The translations under genes and the position numbers were made by a program. From contig NC_043014.1 in NCBI RefSeq assembly GCF_006345805.1, positions 24,738,001 to 24,802,000 of the forward strand: a stretch of 64,000 bases of DNA, read 5' to 3'. Positions 1 to 12,161 of this stretch are shown piece by piece (the first letter of the stretch is position 1; each line of letters starts with the position of its first letter). Below the pieces are notes generated by a model that was given only the letters and a program-made list of their open reading frames with translations, had not been told where the DNA came from and did no database searches. The DNA is from Octopus sinensis (lineage: Eukaryota).

Positions 1-266
1 TGTATATATATATAACAAAATTAGAAAATGGAGAAACATACTTAAATCAATAAAACATCAACTATCAGATGATACCCAATCAATACTTTATTACACCATT
101 ACATATCAGTAAAGGAATTATACAAAATATACAGTAAATGTAAATAGACAAGAGATATAAGTATAAAATTTCAAATATAATATGTACCTAATGGGTACCT
201 ATCTAGCAGTATATTGGATATATGTTATCCCATGGTGGGTTGAATTTTCAACCCCTATCTCATTTT

Positions 267-283
267 ATATATATATATCTATA

Positions 284-334
<51 letters not shown>

Positions 335-338
335 ATAT

Positions 339-386
<48 letters not shown>

Positions 387-392
387 CATATA

Positions 393-460
<68 letters not shown>

Positions 461-634
461 GTATATATGTATGTATATATAATATGTATATATATATGTA
501 TGTATATATATAATATGTATATATATATTATATATATGTATATATAATATATATATTATATATATATATATTGTATATATATATATATATAATGTATATA
601 TATGTATATATATATGTATGTATATATATATATG

Positions 635-685
<51 letters not shown>

Positions 686-759
686 TATGTATATATATAT
701 ATATATTATATATATATATATATATTATATAATATATATATATATATATATATACATAC

Positions 760-806
<47 letters not shown>
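267..806. repeat. (TA)n/(TATG)n compound microsatellite
   Basis: Direct low-complexity TA-rich run; accounts for the spurious YI-repeat ORFs. Confidence 0.95.
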
Positions 807-807
<1 letters not shown>

Positions 808-1528
808 TTCTCTATATATAAAACTGAAATGCGTTTTTACCGCTTGGATCGCTTTCAATGCCACTACATCCCGTCCGATTCGCTCCCAAATTTACAGGGA
901 CATGTAGAATGAGGTGACGATGCCCGTGGGCTACCTCAGCTATCCCTATCTTGATAGGTGTGGTTGCTAGGGGCCATCTTCCTCACTCACGCTATTTCCT
1001 CCATTCCCTCTCTTACTCCCCTTCATTTATAACTTTGAGAATTCCACTCCCGTTATTTAATGTATTCCCCTCAACTCCCTTTCACTTTCCCTTTATAAGT
1101 TCGTCAGACGGCTTTCTTTGATGTATCTGTCTGCATTCATAGGGAGAATTATCATCGCTACCAACAACACACAATCATGAGAACAAATATTATGAATCAG
1201 ATATTCATTGCGTTCATTTATATATGTGTGTGTGTGTGTGTGTTCGATATATAAATATGTATATATAAAGTATATATACAAAGTGTATATATCTGTATGT
1301 ATATTAAACTTTTTAATACTTTTTGATAGTTACATATATTTTTAAACAAATTATAAATATAATTTAATAATTTTTATTTTAAATTTAAATAACTTAAATT
1401 TTTCAATTTTATATATTTTCTATATTATATTTTTATTTTTATGTTTTTGTTTTTGTTTTTTTTTGCCTATTAGTGGTTTTATCTCTAATTTAATTTATAC
1501 ATATATATAATTTGTACATATAATGCGT

Positions 1529-1589
<61 letters not shown>

Positions 1590-1640
1590 GTGTGCATTAT
1601 GTGGTCGGTCGGTTCAGCTGAAAATATGCACACCTATGAA

Positions 1641-2718
1641 CCCTTTCGTTACTATATTTCTGACCAAAATACACCCTTTATGTGTTTCAATTAATTTCTA
1701 ACATAATCATAAAGTTAGTCTGGTTTCATTAAACAACTATAACTTTTTTATTTATCAATATATTAATGTGATTTTTGGAAGATAATTGAATGAAATGTTC
1801 TCAACCAATTCTATACTATAATTTTTGTCACAAAGTGACTCTAATTGCAGGTAGATACAGGTAAATTCAACAAAATATAAAATTATTAAAATTTTGTTCA
1901 AACATCCCTATAGAAAATGGGTTATTAGCTAATATTCAATTGGGTATACAACAAAATTTTACGATAGAATTTGTTATTCTGGGTAACTTTCTGATACCCA
2001 TAATAATATTTATGGCAAAATAGTCTTAATTTCATTCAAGGTTGTGGGAAACCACTAACTATCCTTTCTTTCGCTTTGTTTACATTTAGCGTAACGGTTC
2101 GTTTCCGCCGTAATGATTTCAAATAGGCTCATTCGAAAAAGTAAAAAGAAATAGTCTAAGGCTTTACTCTCCTGGGAAAGTCTGTGGCTTGGTCCAGTTT
2201 CTTCAGAAAAATCACCGAAAGAAACAGTTTTTCAATTTTCACTCCATTCAGGTGCCAATTCATTTTCTTTATCGCTGTCGGAGCTCTCGGATTCACTGTT
2301 TTCACTTTCGGAAAATGAAACATCAGATTCACGTGATTTTTTTTTTTTTTCAGTCATAGAGTTAGATTTATCAAGGTCTTCAGCAGAAAATCCTTCGAAT
2401 TCTGAATCGCTGCTTGATATGATGAAATTCGTATCCATTTTTTGTCAGAATTACAAAGTTTGAAAACACAATAGGAACAAATTTTGGAAAAAAATCTCTC
2501 AAAATTCACGGAATTAAAATTACACTTCGATTGTTCTACAAAACTGTAGATGAACTGTTTACGAAGTATAATCACGTGTTTTCACAAATGTAATAAAGAG
2601 ATTTGCTCTGATATTCTTATTTAAATATGAATAGGTAAATACGGGCGGGTTTGGGCGGTTTGGTCACATTAACCAAAATTTTTTTCGGGCGGCTTTGGGC
2701 GGTTTGGTAACGAAAGGG
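1641..2718 (-). mobile_element. Internally deleted piggyBac derivative
   Basis: 12-bp TIRs CCCTTTCGTTAC/GTAACGAAAGGG, TTAA at 2719-2722, empty site CACACCTATG-TTAA-AAGTGCTGG in the paralogous copy near 4903-4922, and an acidic S/D/E-rich ORF 2232-2438(-) resembling a piggyBac transposase N-terminus. Confidence 0.85.
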
Positions 2719-3465
2719 TTAAAAGTGCTGGCAACTATTTTTTTCCTCAAATGAAAGGCGTGACCACTAGGACAAAATTCCTCATCTTGTAAAATGTGGC
2801 CCCCAGTAGACCCGTATGAAATCGGGTTATATTAACCAAAAGGTGAAAAGGTGAAATGGGGCTGGAAGGGGATTAAAATTTAAAGGAGCGAGTGTTTAGG
2901 AATTCTCTGTTACATCAAGCTAAAAAATTTGCGCCAGCCTTTTAATCTTCAATGTGTTGCCGTCCATGATGAAGAAGTTTTGAATGCTTGCCATCGTGAG
3001 TCTACTGTCGTGAGAAAGAATCAATTCAAAACTTGGTGTTTACGAATTTTCTTTTACATCAAGTTCAAAATTTTACGCCAGCCGTTAAACTGTCAATACG
3101 TTGTTGTCCGTCGTTAAGAAATGCCAGCCATGGTGACTCTACTATCCTCAGATTCTATCCCTTCAAACTTTGCTTTCCAATATTTTATTATTTTTATTCA
3201 GCTCGCAAGTTCGTCTGTCCCTTTTAAATGTTAGCGTTTTGCTGTCTGCCTTGAAGCAGACCTTTCCGTTACCACTGCCTGATATTTATGATTGATCTTT
3301 CTAAATATTTTATTTCTCAACTTACTCAAGATCTTTTGTTGTTTATAAATGGGAGAGAGATAGATAAAGATAGAGAGTAAGAGAAAGCGAGGGAGTGTCC
3401 GAGAGAAAAGAAAAGTAAGAGAGTGGGAAAGTGAGAGAGAAAGGAGAGAGAAACAAAGAGGGAGA

Positions 3466-3770
3466 ATCATCATCGTTTAACGTCCGTTTTCCGTCCTAGC
3501 ACGGGTTGGACAGTGTGACTGGGGTCTGGGAAGCCAGGAGGCTGCACCAGGCTCCAGTCTGATCTGGCAGTGTTTCTACAGGTGGATGACCTTCCTAACG
3601 CCAACCACTCTGTGAGTGTAGCGGGTGCTTTTTTCGTGCCGCCGGCACAGGTGCCAGGGGGGCTCGCAGCGGCAACGATTGGTTGGTGCTTTTTACGTGC
3701 CACTGGCACAGAAGCCAGTCAAGGCGGCGCTGCAATCGGCCACGTTCGGATGGTGCTTTTTACGTGCTGA
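3466..3770 (-). mobile_element. RTE LINE 3'-tail fragment (CATCATC-GTTTAACGTCCG family)
   Basis: Same sequence as the 3' ends attached to RTE ORFs at 23838 and 46391. Confidence 0.8.
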
Positions 3771-3835
3771 AAGGAAGCAACAGAAAGTAACAACCACACG
3801 CTTACTCGCGCGTCGAGCGGGACACCTTCAGCTAG

Positions 3836-5346
3836 TCTATCTCTCTATATAAAACTGAAATGCGTTTTTACCGCTTGGATCGCTTTCAATGCCACTACAT
3901 CCCGTCCGATTCGCTCCAAAATTTACAGGGACATGTAGAATGAGGTGACGAAGCTCGTGGGCTACCTTAGAAATCCCTATCTTAAAAGGTGTGGTTGTTA
4001 GTGGCCATCTTCCTCACTCACGCTATTCCCTCCAATACCCTCTCACTCCTCTTCATATATAACTTTGAGAATTCCACTACCGTTATTTAAAGTCACTCTC
4101 GCTATTTCCTCTCTTTTTCACTCACTCTGTTTCTTAGCTTCCCATAACTTTTACTCATGTATCTGTCTGCATATATAGAGAGAAAAAAATATTCCATCGC
4201 CATCGCATTCTATTGTCTACCTGTCAACGCGCTCACTCTCGCTATTTCCTCTCTGTTTCACTCACTCTATTTCCATCACGTCGGCGTTCTTTGATGTATC
4301 TGTCTGTCACCAATAACACGAGCATGAGAACAAATATTATGAATCAGATATTCTTGCGTTCATTTATATGTGTGTGTGTGTGTGTGTTCTATATATAAAT
4401 ATGTATATATAATGTATGTGTGTGTGAGTTCTATATATAAATATGTATATATAATGTATGTGTGTGTGTGTGTTCTATATATAAATATGTATATATAATG
4501 TATGTGTGTGTGTGTGTGTTCTATATATAAATATGTATATATACAAAGTGTATATATCTGTATTTATGCATATTAAACTTTTCATACTTTTTCATAGTTA
4601 TATATATTTTTAAACAAATTATAAATATAATTTTATAATTTTTATTTTCAATTTAAATAATTAAATTTTTCAATTTTATATTTTCTATATTTTCTATATT
4701 ATATTTTTTTTTTATGTTTTTGTTTTTGGTTTTTCACTTTTTGATTTACCTATTAGTGGTTTTATCTCTAATTTAATTTATACAGATATATATCTCATTT
4801 GTATACATTTGTATATATAATGCGTGCACACACACACACACACATATATACATATATATAATGTGTGCATTACGTAGTCGGTCGATTCAGCTGAAAATAT
4901 GCACACCTATGTTAAAAGTGCTGGCAAGTTTGCATGACAACTATTTTTTCCCTCAAATGAAAGGCGTCACCTCTAGGACAAAATTCCTCATCTTATAAAA
5001 TGTGGCCCCAGTAGACCCGAATGAAATCGGGTTATATTAACCAAAATGTGAAAAGGGGTCTAAATGGGGCTGGAAGGGGATTAAAATTTCAAAGAGCGGG
5101 TGTTTAGGAATTCTCTGTTACATCAAGCTAAAAAATTTGCGCCAGCCTTTTAATCGTCAATGTGTTGCCGTCCATGATGAAGTTTTGAATGCTTGCCATG
5201 GTGAGTCTATTGTCGTGAGAAAGAATCACTTCAAAACTTGGTGTTTACGAATTTTCTATCTTAAAAGGTGTGGTTGCTAGGGGCCATCTTCCTCACTCAC
5301 GCTATTTCCTCCTTTCCCCTCTCACTCCCCTTCTCACATATATATC
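3836..5346 (+). mobile_element. Second, tandem partial copy of the Helitron-like unit, lacking the piggyBac insert
   Basis: Direct similarity to 809-1640 and 2719-3053; starts immediately after the CTAG of unit 1. Confidence 0.7.
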
Positions 5347-6404
5347 TTTTAAGATAGGGATTTCTAAGGTAGCCCACGGACATCGTCACCTCATTCTACA
5401 TGTCCCTGTAAATTTGGGAGCGAATCGGACAGGATGTAGTGGCATTGAAAGCGATCCAAGCGGTAAAAACGCATTTCAGTTTTATATATAGACTAGCTGA
5501 AGGTGACCCGCTCTACGCGCGGGTAAGAGTGTGGTTGTTACTTTCTGTTGCTTCCTTTCAGCACGTAAAAAGCACCATCCGAACGTGGCCGATTGCAGCG
5601 CCGCCTTGACTGGCTTCTGTGCCGGTGGCACGTAAAAAGCACCAACCGATCGTTGCTGCTGCGAGCCCCCCTGGCACCTGTGCCGGCGGCACGAAAAAAG
5701 CACCCACTACACTCACAGAGTGGTTGGCGTTAGGAAGGTCATCCACCTGTAGAATCACTGCCAGATCAGACTGGAGCCTGGTGCAGCCTCCTGGCTTCCC
5801 AGACCCCAGTCACACTGTCCAACCCGTGCTAGCACGGAAAACGGACGTTAAACGATGATGATGATGATGATTCTCCGTCTTTGTTTCTCTCTCCTTTCTC
5901 TCTCACTTTCCCACTCTCTTACTTTTCTTTTCTCTCGGACTCTCCCTCGCTTTCTCTTACTCTCTATCTTTATCTATCTCTCTCCCATTTATAAACAACA
6001 GAAGATCTTGAGTAAGTTGAAAAATAAAATATTTAGAAAGATCAATCATAAATATCAGGCAGTGGCAGCGGAAAGGTCTACTTCAAGGCAGACAGCAAAA
6101 CGCTAACATTTAAAAGGGACAGACGAACTTGCGAGCTGAATAAAAATAATAAAATATTGGAAAGCAAAGTTTGAAGGGATAGAATCTGAGGATAGTAGAG
6201 TCACCATGGCTGGCATTTCTTAACGATGGACAACAACGTATTGACAGTTTAACGGCTGGCGTAAAATTTTGAACTTGATGTAAAAGAAAATTCGTAAACA
6301 CCAAGTTTTGAAGTGATTCTTTCTCACGACAGTAGACTCACGATGGCAAGCATTCAAAACTTCTTCATCATGGACGGCAACACATTGACGATTAAAAGGA
6401 AATA

Positions 6405-6651
6405 GGCGGCGAGCTGGCAAAAGGCGGCGAGCTGGCAGAGACGTTAGCACACCGGGTGAAGTGCTTCGTGGTATTTCGCCCGTCGCTACGTTCTGAGTTC
6501 AAATTCCGCCGAGGTCGACTTTGCCTTTCATCCTTTCGTGGTCGATAAATTAAGTACCGGTTACGCACTGGGGTCGATGTAATCGACTTAATCCATGTGT
6601 CTGTCCTTGTTTGTCCCCTCTATGTTTAGCCCCTTGTGGGTAGTAAAGAAA
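6405..6651 (+). mobile_element. tRNA-derived SINE
   Basis: GGCGGCGAGCTGGCAG head, B-box-like GTTCAAATTCC; second copy at 44604-44838(-). Confidence 0.8.
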
Positions 6652-6875
6652 CGTATATATATATATGTATATATCATACAAAAATTCCACACATAAACCA
6701 GAAGTTTCTACCTTTAAAAACAAGGAGTTACAACCGCTTTACTAGCGTGATTTTTTGCTACCCTGGTAAATTTTTATCTATTTTTTCCGTGTTAATTGTT
6801 AACAAGGAGAAATACACTCATCTATTTATATGTATGTATATATATATGTGTGTGTGTATGTATGTATATATATAT

Positions 6876-7239
6876 ATGGGAATAATTATCTAATATAAAT
6901 TATGCTATTAAATTAGACATGGCCTAGACCAATCTTTAGTCGAAACATATCTAATTTTATCAAAGTTTATCTAATTTATTTAATATCTAATAACATAGAA
7001 AATTACGATAATTAGATCATTACATAAACAACAATATTTACATAAGGAGAATATTATTACTCCAAAGGCTTATACAATATTAAAATTTACAATTTGAAGA
7101 TCTTAAAAAGATACATACTTTTCTTGGCGAGGTTTAAACAATGAACTAATTTTGATAAAATTAGATATGTTTCGACTAAAGATTGGTCTAGGCCATGTCT
7201 AATTTAATAGCATAATTTATATTAGATAATTATTCCCAT
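6876..7239. repeat. 89-bp inverted repeat (6876-6964 vs 7151-7239)
   Basis: Reverse-complement arms around a ~185-bp spacer. Confidence 0.9.
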
Positions 7240-7975
7240 TCATAATTATATTTATAGTACTTATAGTATTTATTTAATACTATATTACTAAGAATTGAAT
7301 ATTTCTATAAGTATTTTACATAAGATTTTGAAAGTCAGTTTAAGTTAGTTTATTTGTATTTTGAAATTAGCTATTTCATCTTTAAATATGAAAAATTAAA
7401 TTTATTAGGTTTTCATTATATACAATTATTTATAAAGATTATTTTAGATCTTGATTATAATATCTATATATATTTTCATTGATAATTTATATATATTAGT
7501 CATTTTAAATATTTACGTAATTAGATATAGACTAATATTGATATTAGATTATGGGTTTTCTACCTTATATATTAAAGTTAATATTTAACATTATAGTCGA
7601 TTTCGATATAATCATATTTAATAATAGAGTTTATTATAAGTAAAATTATTATATTATATATATTATTTATATCTTAAAAATATTGATTATATTTTAGATA
7701 TTTAAACCACCTGATGAATGACTGCGACTCAAAAATTTGAAGATGTTAGCAGGCATGAAACGATCGTAGTGTGATATTAATTATATTTTTAATAATTTTG
7801 TTATATATTTAAATAATATAAATTAATCATATGTATTGGCTTAAGTTTTTCATTGTTTGATTTGCCTAATAGTGGTTTTGTCTCTAATTTAATATAATAT
7901 AATATTTTACTATAAAATTGGATTCAATCCTAAATCTGATTTTTCCCTGTAAGTTTGGATTTATTCTCTAATATT
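7240..7975 (+). mobile_element. Highly degenerate AT-rich PLE 3'-end remnant
   Basis: Carries an HHR at 7708. Similar to 27850-28380, and shares the terminal motif GCCTAATAGTGGTTTTATCTCTAATTTAAT also seen near 1465, 4750, 28300 and 30580. PLE identity is inferred. Confidence 0.5.
7708..7771 (+). ncRNA. Type I hammerhead ribozyme
   Basis: CAC-CTGATGA-ATGACTGC...GCAGGCAT-GAAAC-GATC-GTA^-GTG: full core, stem II 7/8 bp, palindromic stem III ACGATCGT, 3-bp stem I. Confidence 0.8.
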
Positions 7976-8036
7976 TATTATATATATATATATATATATA
8001 TATTAATCAAAATAAAAACATGATGCCAAGGATTCA

Positions 8037-8114
8037 GCGGTACATATGTTTCGGGCCTTTATTAGACGGATTTATAACAATGCATAATGTGTGTCTATGG
8101 CCTTCTTCAGCCGC
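8037..8114 (-). ncRNA. Type I hammerhead ribozyme
   Basis: GCGG-CTGAAGA-AGGCC...GGCCC-GAAAC-ATAT-GTA^-CCGC: 4-bp stem I, palindromic stem III, A.C apposition at the base of stem II. Confidence 0.75.
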
Positions 8115-8968
8115 GCACAATTACTACCTCAAGGACATGTATTGCATCAAAAATTCTACGTTGGGGATGCAAATCCTCTCATTCGCGTACGACATAATGC
8201 GGCACCAGCACAAAAATGAAGCGTCCATCTCGTCCTTCTCTCAATGTAGAATGAGGAAGCTTGGATGTTGAGGTAGTATAAATAAATGAATAAATAAATA
8301 TATACATATATAAATACAGACAGACGTGAAGGAACCTGGTAATAAGAGTAAATAGGGATGAAGATGGAGGGGCGAGAATTCAGGACGAAGGATAAAAAAA
8401 TATAAAAATGTGAAAGATAAAAGAATATAAGTATAGAAATATAAAAAATATAAAGTATAAAGATATAAAGATATAAAGTTATAAAAAAATATAAAAAATT
8501 ATCAGAAATATAAAGGATATAAGAATATAAAAATGTAAAAGAATATAAGGATAAGGGATTACGGACCAACATGGTGGTCAGGAAAATGATATATTCTGGT
8601 TGTAGAAGCCGTGGGTGTCATAAATCAACTGGGGCGTCTGGGGACCTAGTGTATTGTAAATTAGAGTTGTCTGGTTAAACCGCTTATCTAGTTCCTCGTT
8701 ACGTGTCTAGTGGTCAACATGTACATACGTACACGCATGGATACATACACACACATACACGCGTACATATACGCACGCATACACAACCACATGCATACAA
8801 GCATACATACGTACTCTCGTGTAAACATATACAGATATATACGGAAAAAGGCGCATGTAGTTGGGTACACGAACCGACGCGCATACGTACGTATATATAC
8901 ATACACGCACATGCGTTTATATAGGCACACTCGCACTTACACGCATGCACAAGTACTCACCCTGAATT

Positions 8969-9005
<37 letters not shown>

Positions 9006-9034
9006 GTATGTATATATATATATGTATGTATATA

Positions 9035-9065
<31 letters not shown>

Positions 9066-9861
9066 GTATATGTATATATATAAATATATATATGTATATG
9101 TACAACATCACAATCAAGGAACGGCCATAATAGGCCATTCACCCACTAGAAATAACAGCCAAAGCTTCAACCGCAAAATAACATTAATTCCGCAAACCAG
9201 GAGAAAATTAAAAAAACATTTACCCTGTAATTTCTTATACGATGCACCGTTTCATCTATTGTTTAATGGTAAACTAACCTGATTAAATTAAATCAAGCCA
9301 ATCTTCCATAGGCCGAATAGACAGAATAGAGATAATTAATAAGGGTTTAATGATACGCGCAGAAATACGGGGTAGTTAGCGGGTTGAAGTTTTTAAAAAT
9401 TCTTGTCTGAGAGTCGTCAACCTTTGGGTTCCTATTTTACAACCAAGGTATTGAAATCGAAATAGGAAGCTATCATGCGTGCGCTAGTTTATATAGGGTG
9501 TGGTGGAGGAAGCAGGAAGTTTTGGCGAGCTGAGTGGCAATCGAAAGAGAGAGATAGAGAGAGAGAGAGACAGAGTGAAGGCCGAGAGAAAGAGAGATAG
9601 TGAGACAGAGAGGGGGCGGGTCATTACCCGCACCGCGTACTACCAAATATGAATGAGCGCATCTCCAGGGAACGTATTCTTTCGTTGTAGGTATTAAGAG
9701 ACATAATTAAGAGAGAGAGACAGAGTGCGACATGCGGGAGGGATAGCTTGGGATTGAGTGGCATAGTTAATTTAATGAAACAGCAAATGTTGATAATAGT
9801 GAATAGAATTGAAGAATCTGAGAGCCAGTCTAAAATAAAATTAGAAACGAATAACTGTGTG

Positions 9862-9899
<38 letters not shown>

Positions 9900-10000
9900 T
9901 ATACATATATATATGTACATATACATATATATATGTACATATACATATATATATATATATGTATATATATATATGTATATATATATGTATATATTATATG

Positions 10001-10041
<41 letters not shown>

Positions 10042-10061
10042 TTTATTTATTATATAGAAGG

Positions 10062-10112
10062 AGCTTCTACAGGACTAGTACTGTTTCATTCAAGAGAAAT
10101 CTTCAGGAAGCT
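10062..10112 (-). ncRNA. Type I hammerhead ribozyme (copy 1 of 4)
   Basis: AGCTTC-CTGAAGA-TTTC-TCTT-GAAT-GAAA-CAG-TACTAGTC-CTG-TA^-GAAGCT: 6-bp stem I, 4-bp stem III. Confidence 0.8.
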
Positions 10113-10304
10113 ATTAACAAGAATTGTATTAGCATTTATACATTTAGGCAGGTTTAAAGGAGTGGTGGTGGGGGACTTTTTTGGGGTAGGCATAGCGCAA
10201 AATATCATACTTGGGGGAGTGGTCAAGGAGTCAGTGGTAAGTTAGATGAAAGAATAGATAAATAAAAAAATAAAATAAAAAAAAAAAATAAAAAAAAAAA
10301 ATAA

Positions 10305-10395
<91 letters not shown>

Positions 10396-10605
10396 GATGG
10401 GGGTGTATGTATGCGTATAAATGCATGTAAGTATGGATGTATGGATGTATGTATGTATGTTTACGTATGTATGTGTTTGTGTGTATATGTATGTAGGTGT
10501 GTGTATGTATGTGTGTATATATGTATATATATATGTGTGTATATATGTTTGTGTATGTATATATATGTGTATGTATGTGTGTGTATATATATGTGTGTGT
10601 GTATG

Positions 10606-10646
<41 letters not shown>

Positions 10647-10730
10647 ATATATATATATATATTATATGTGTATGTGTATGTGTGTGTGTGTATATGTATA
10701 TATATATGGGTATGTATCTGTATGTAGGAG

Positions 10731-10761
<31 letters not shown>

Positions 10762-10762
10762 A

Positions 10763-10811
<49 letters not shown>

Positions 10812-11139
10812 GTATATTTATTGGTGTATATATATAGACTAGCCTCCTAAAGTGTAGACATGAATCTGTAGGTACGAGTACGTATGTGTATATACGTGAA
10901 CGTATGTAGATGTTTGTATGTATGAATATAACGCGTGCGTACGTGTATGTGTATGAGTGTACGAATGGGTGTATGTACGTGCTAATGAGTGTGCGTGCGG
11001 GAACGAGTACTTGCCTTCTAGTAGACAGACAATTGGACATGCTGCCATCGCCAGGATCCTTAGCCCTAGTGATCAAAGATAACAAAAGTAATAAATGAAG
11101 ATAATAAAATTAAAATTAGGGAATGGGCCTGTATTTGAT

Positions 11140-11179
<40 letters not shown>

Positions 11180-11567
11180 TATATATATATATGTATGTGT
11201 ATGTATGTATGTATGTGTGTGTATGTGTAGGTATGTATAGGCACACATGTGTACGTATGTGTGTGTGTATGTATATGTGTTTATGTAAGTATGTGCACAC
11301 ATTTTATTTTTTATTTTTTTTTTTTTATCTTTTTATTTTTTTATTATTTTTTTTTTTTTATTTTTTATTTTTTATTTTTTATTTTTTATTTTTTATTTTT
11401 TATTTTTTTTTTTTATTTATCTATTCTTTCATCTAACTTACCACTGACTCCTTGACCACTCCCCCAAGTATGATATTTTGCGCTATGCCTACCCCCAAAA
11501 AAGTCCCCCACCACCACTCCTTTAAACCTGCCTAAATGTATAAATGCTAATACAATTCTTGTTAAAT

Positions 11568-11618
11568 AGCTTCCTGAAGATTTCTCTTGAATGAAACAGT
11601 ACTAGTCCTGTAGAAGCT
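11568..11618 (+). ncRNA. Type I hammerhead ribozyme (copy 2 of 4)
   Basis: Same sequence as copy 1; core 11574-11580, GAAA 11593-11596, GUA^ ending at 11612. Confidence 0.8.
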
Positions 11619-11701
11619 CCTTCTATATAATAAATTAATTTTACTCTGCTATGTATTGAGTACCTTACTTACTGTGGTTAACCCCGGATCAACCCGGGAC
11701 C

Positions 11702-11755
<54 letters not shown>

Positions 11756-12003
11756 ATACATACATATACATATATATATGTACATATACATATATATATT
11801 ATATATATACATATATATATATATATATACATACAATACATATATATATGTATATATACATATATATTATATATATATACATATACATATATATATATAC
11901 ATATACATATATATTTATATACATACATATATATACATACATACACATATATATTTATATACTACATATATATATACATACATACATATATATATATACA
12001 TAC

Positions 12004-12034
<31 letters not shown>

Positions 12035-12053
12035 TTATTTATTATATAGAAGG

Positions 12054-12104
12054 AGCTTCTACAGGACTAGTACTGTTTCATTCAAGAGAAATCTTCAGGA
12101 AGCT
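12054..12104 (-). ncRNA. Type I hammerhead ribozyme (copy 3 of 4; left arm of palindrome)
   Basis: Same sequence on the minus strand. Confidence 0.8.
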
Positions 12105-12110
12105 CTTCAG

Positions 12111-12161
12111 GGCTTCCTGAAGATTTCTCTTGAATGAAACAGTACTAGTCCTGTAGAAGCT
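12111..12161 (+). ncRNA. Type I hammerhead ribozyme (copy 4 of 4; right arm of palindrome)
   Basis: Same sequence, with stem I GGCTTC/GAAGCT. Confidence 0.8.

Larger units (their letters stand above)
809..3835 (+). mobile_element. Non-autonomous Helitron-like element, unit 1 (hosts a piggyBac derivative and an RTE 3' tail)
   Basis: Begins TCTATATATAAAACTG. Ends with a GC hairpin (ACCCGC-7nt-GCGGGT in the better-preserved inverted copy) about 10 nt before CTAG at 3832-3835, matching Helitron TC...CTAG termini. Confidence 0.6.
2938..6399. repeat. ~1.05-kb inverted repeat (2938-3988 vs 5347-6399)
   Basis: Reverse-complement identity read directly; mirrored ORFs in the track (e.g. 3470-3709- vs 5619-5858+). 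Confidence 0.92.

Noticed and set aside
1050-1115. CTGACGA...GAAA on the minus strand with a possible stem I
   Set aside because: Stem III cannot form beyond one pair; lies in a Helitron-like repeat; probably chance
6925-6964. GAC/GTC hairpin followed by GAAACATAT in the 89-bp IR arm
   Set aside because: No CUGANGA core and no valid NUH; at most a decayed half-motif
9225-9315. GAAAC-GGTGCATC-GTA on the minus strand
   Set aside because: Upstream core has two mismatches and stem II does not pair
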